From NCBI GenBank assembly GCA_032718475.1, contig JAUCBJ010001286.1, positions 95,255 through 159,254 on the forward strand: a stretch of DNA of 64,000 bases, read 5' to 3'. Made by a program: the position numbers and the translations under genes. How positions within the stretch are numbered: position 1 is the stretch's first letter; every line of letters starts with the position of its first letter. The notes under the pieces were generated by a model. That model was not told where the DNA came from, searched no databases, and worked only from the letters and a program-made list of their open reading frames with translations. Below, piece by piece: positions 61,648-64,000 of the stretch. Origin of the DNA: Nemertoderma westbladi. Taxonomy: Eukaryota; Animalia; Xenacoelomorpha.

Positions 61648-62251
61648 GTAAGGCCGAGTATCATTATTGTGTAATCGTAATTAATTATTGTCACCAACTG
61701 TTAGAACGTGAGACACTTGGATAGGATTTTTTACAAAAAGCTCTTAAAATTTAGGAACTAATCAAAGCTGCGGTTTAATCTCGTTAACATAAGGGATCGT
61801 AAATTCTACAAATTGTAAAAATTATTTTAAAAATATCAACTTCTAGAACTATATACTACTCCTGTACTCTACTTCTCTATTGACTTTTACAAAATTTGTC
61901 CACCAAACTTTTTGACAAGGGGGTTGGAGGGTCTTGGGGTTTATCCAATGAAACATCCATACAAATTTCAGCAAACTGTAGCCATATGGAATTTACTCTC
62001 GTTTATTGCTTTGGTTAGAATAACCTGAACCTTAATTGATAATAACATCGTGAGTTCGCCCAGGTCCTCCTATATTGGATTGGCGGCAATAATGGAATAT
62101 CGGCCAACATGAGTGAAGTCCCGAAGACGTAAGTGTGGAGTGGATATTCAGTACCTTAAAAACTGATGAAGCAGCACCACTAACTTAAGCCAATCACGTT
62201 TCTGTCTGTAATGTAAAACATTTCTTTATTGTATTTATTATCTCCCCGCAG

Positions 62252-63655
62252 CCCCCCGGCCGTCCGGACGGAGACGAGAGCTCGGACTTCGGAATCTCGC
62301 TCTCCCAGAGTCCCGTCCACATGGGCGTCTTCCCGGACACGGACCCGGACACCGTCCGGCTCTCTCTGTGCGGCCGTCTCGCCGAGTACGAGGGTAAACT
62401 CCCGGAGTCCCTTTTCCTCGAGCACCTCGTCGACTGGGACCGCTTCGCCGGCGACCCCCGCGCGTTGCTAGGACACCCGGACCTGGTGGTCAACGTGGGC
62501 GCCGGATTCTACGCCTGGGAGGTGGCCGGGCCGCTGCTCCTCAGCTGGGCCGCCTTCCAGCGCCCCCTACCGGACGAATGCGTGGACAACCTCGTGGAGA
62601 AGTTCACCTCGCCGCCGCGCCGCCGCCCCGGGAAGGCCGGTTGGTCCATCTTCCCGTGGCGACGGACGACGTACGCGCCGGTGCCGCCGCCGCCGCCAGG
62701 GGGCGTTGCGACCGCGCCCGTGGTCGCGCCGACCCCAGACCCAGACTGGATACCGACGGAGGCCGACGAGTGGCGCGGCACCAACTCCAGTGACACGTCG
62801 ACATCGTCGGACGAGAACCAGAAACCGATTCTCCGACGCAAAAAGAAACTCCGACAGAAGAAATATAAGAAATCCTTGACGCTGAGTTCGGAGATACTCG
62901 CGAAACTGAAACTAAACCCGGGTTGTAATGACGTCACGTTCTCCGTGACGACCAAGTACCAGGGGACCTCGCGGTGCTGCTGTAACCTGTTCCTGTGGAA
63001 CTACGACGACAAGGTGGTGGTGTCGGACATCGACGGGACTATAACCAAGTCGGATGCCCTCGGACAGCTGCTCCCGATGGTCGGCAAGGATTGGACCCAG
63101 TCCGGGGTCGCCAAACTCTTCTCGACCATCCGTAGGAACGGTTACCACTTCCTCTATCTATCGGCGCGCGCCATCGGCCAGTCCCATCTGACGCGCTACT
63201 ATCTGCGTTCCATCTGCCAGGGGGAGTTGCACCTCCCGGAAGGACCGCTCCTCCTCTCCCCCTCCTCGCTAATGTCCGCCTTCCATAAGGAGGTGATCGA
63301 GAGGAAACCCGAGGAGTTCAAGATGAAATGCCTCCGGGACATACAGTTGCTGTTCCCTAGCAACCCGTTCTGCGCGGGTTACGGGAATAAAGTGAACGAC
63401 GTCTACGCGTATCGCGCTGTCGGGATCCCGATATCGAGGATATTCACGGTGAACCCCAAGGGGGAGATGAGTCTCGCGTTGCCTAGCAGCTTCCAGACGA
63501 GTTACGGACGACTGTGGGACGTTGTGGACCAGATGTTCCCGCCCCTCTCCGGTAGACTACAGACTATGCTCCACTCGGCTGAGGAGTACAGTAACTTTAC
63601 CTATTGGTGCAATCCGGTGCTAAACTTGGATGTTACCGAGTTGCTTAATGTTTAA
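62252..63655 (+). CDS. LPIN: Lipin, exon 2
   Basis: ccccgcag| acceptor in frame; M-LIP LSLCG; C-LIP HAD motif DIDGT, YLSARAIGQ, GYGNKVND. Confidence 0.95.
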   Translation, partial: PPGRPDGDESSDFGISLSQSPVHMGVFPDTDPDTVRLSLCGRLAEYEGKLPESLFLEHLVDWDRFAGDPRALLGHPDLVVNVGAGFYAWEVAGPLLLSWAAFQRPLPDECVDNLVEKFTSPPRRRPGKAGWSIFPWRRTTYAPVPPPPPGGVATAPVVAPTPDPDWIPTEADEWRGTNSSDTSTSSDENQKPILRRKKKLRQKKYKKSLTLSSEILAKLKLNPGCNDVTFSVTTKYQGTSRCCCNLFLWNYDDKVVVSDIDGTITKSDALGQLLPMVGKDWTQSGVAKLFSTIRRNGYHFLYLSARAIGQSHLTRYYLRSICQGELHLPEGPLLLSPSSLMSAFHKEVIERKPEEFKMKCLRDIQLLFPSNPFCAGYGNKVNDVYAYRAVGIPISRIFTVNPKGEMSLALPSSFQTSYGRLWDVVDQMFPPLSGRLQTMLHSAEEYSNFTYWCNPVLNLDVTELLNV

Positions 63656-64000
63656 CTGGGCCGTAACCTTTCGTATATTATGTAACTTTCGTACGTAACT
63701 CGTTAACTCGTATACGAACTCAGCGTTTAATCGTAACACCCCAACTAGCGAGACTTGACCTGCAGTGGCGAGGAATTTCCGCCAGCGGTTGTTTATATAA
63801 AGTCTGGGGGGGGGGGGGGGCTATAGTGTTACTTCGGCTCAGGACATATTAATAAACCGATATTATTTGTATCAGATGAATGAGGATGACGTTTTTTATA
63901 ATAAAACTCCTAAGTTCTAATAATTATCTGTTTTTGAATTAAGCTACGGTGAGGACGGGTTTGCCGGCGATGGGTTTTTGGACGGGTTTGCCGGCGATGG

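Noticed and set aside
60816-63148. Long antisense/alternate-frame ORFs over lipin (also over NSRP1, gag and ZDHHC)
   Set aside because: Shadow ORFs of GC-rich or repetitive coding sequence with no motifs.
63953-64000. Start of a 27-bp tandem repeat (ggacgggtttgccggcgatgg)
   Set aside because: Only two copies before the window ends; cannot be characterised.

Overview
Animal (invertebrate-like), repeat-rich nuclear DNA. The ORF track ignores introns and uses non-ATG starts, so I re-derived gene structures by eye. Host genes: an intronless BC-box/LRR-like ORF (2709-4295), an SDR dehydrogenase, NSRP1/CCDC55, a ZDHHC2/15/20-type palmitoyltransferase, a DC-STAMP-domain sperm-fusion gene (DCST1/sneaky-like), the last five exons of a KLHL10-like kelch gene (minus strand, 34814-49001) and a two-exon lipin. 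Mobile DNA: a young full-length BEL/Pao LTR retrotransposon (14612-28169, 1244-bp LTRs, AATCA TSD), four non-LTR remnants, several MITE/foldback/Helentron-like elements and four satellite arrays. Three points stand out. (1) A KLHL10 intron is filled with about 95 tandem copies of its own exon end plus splice donor, and the gene hosts DCST (and probably lipin) in its introns. (2) The BEL element lacks the usual integrase C-terminus and a tRNA PBS, and instead carries an extra triple zinc-knuckle ORF with a basic tail. (3) A conserved ~55-bp core recurs inside different inverted-repeat elements. All family calls come from motif recognition; no searches were run.
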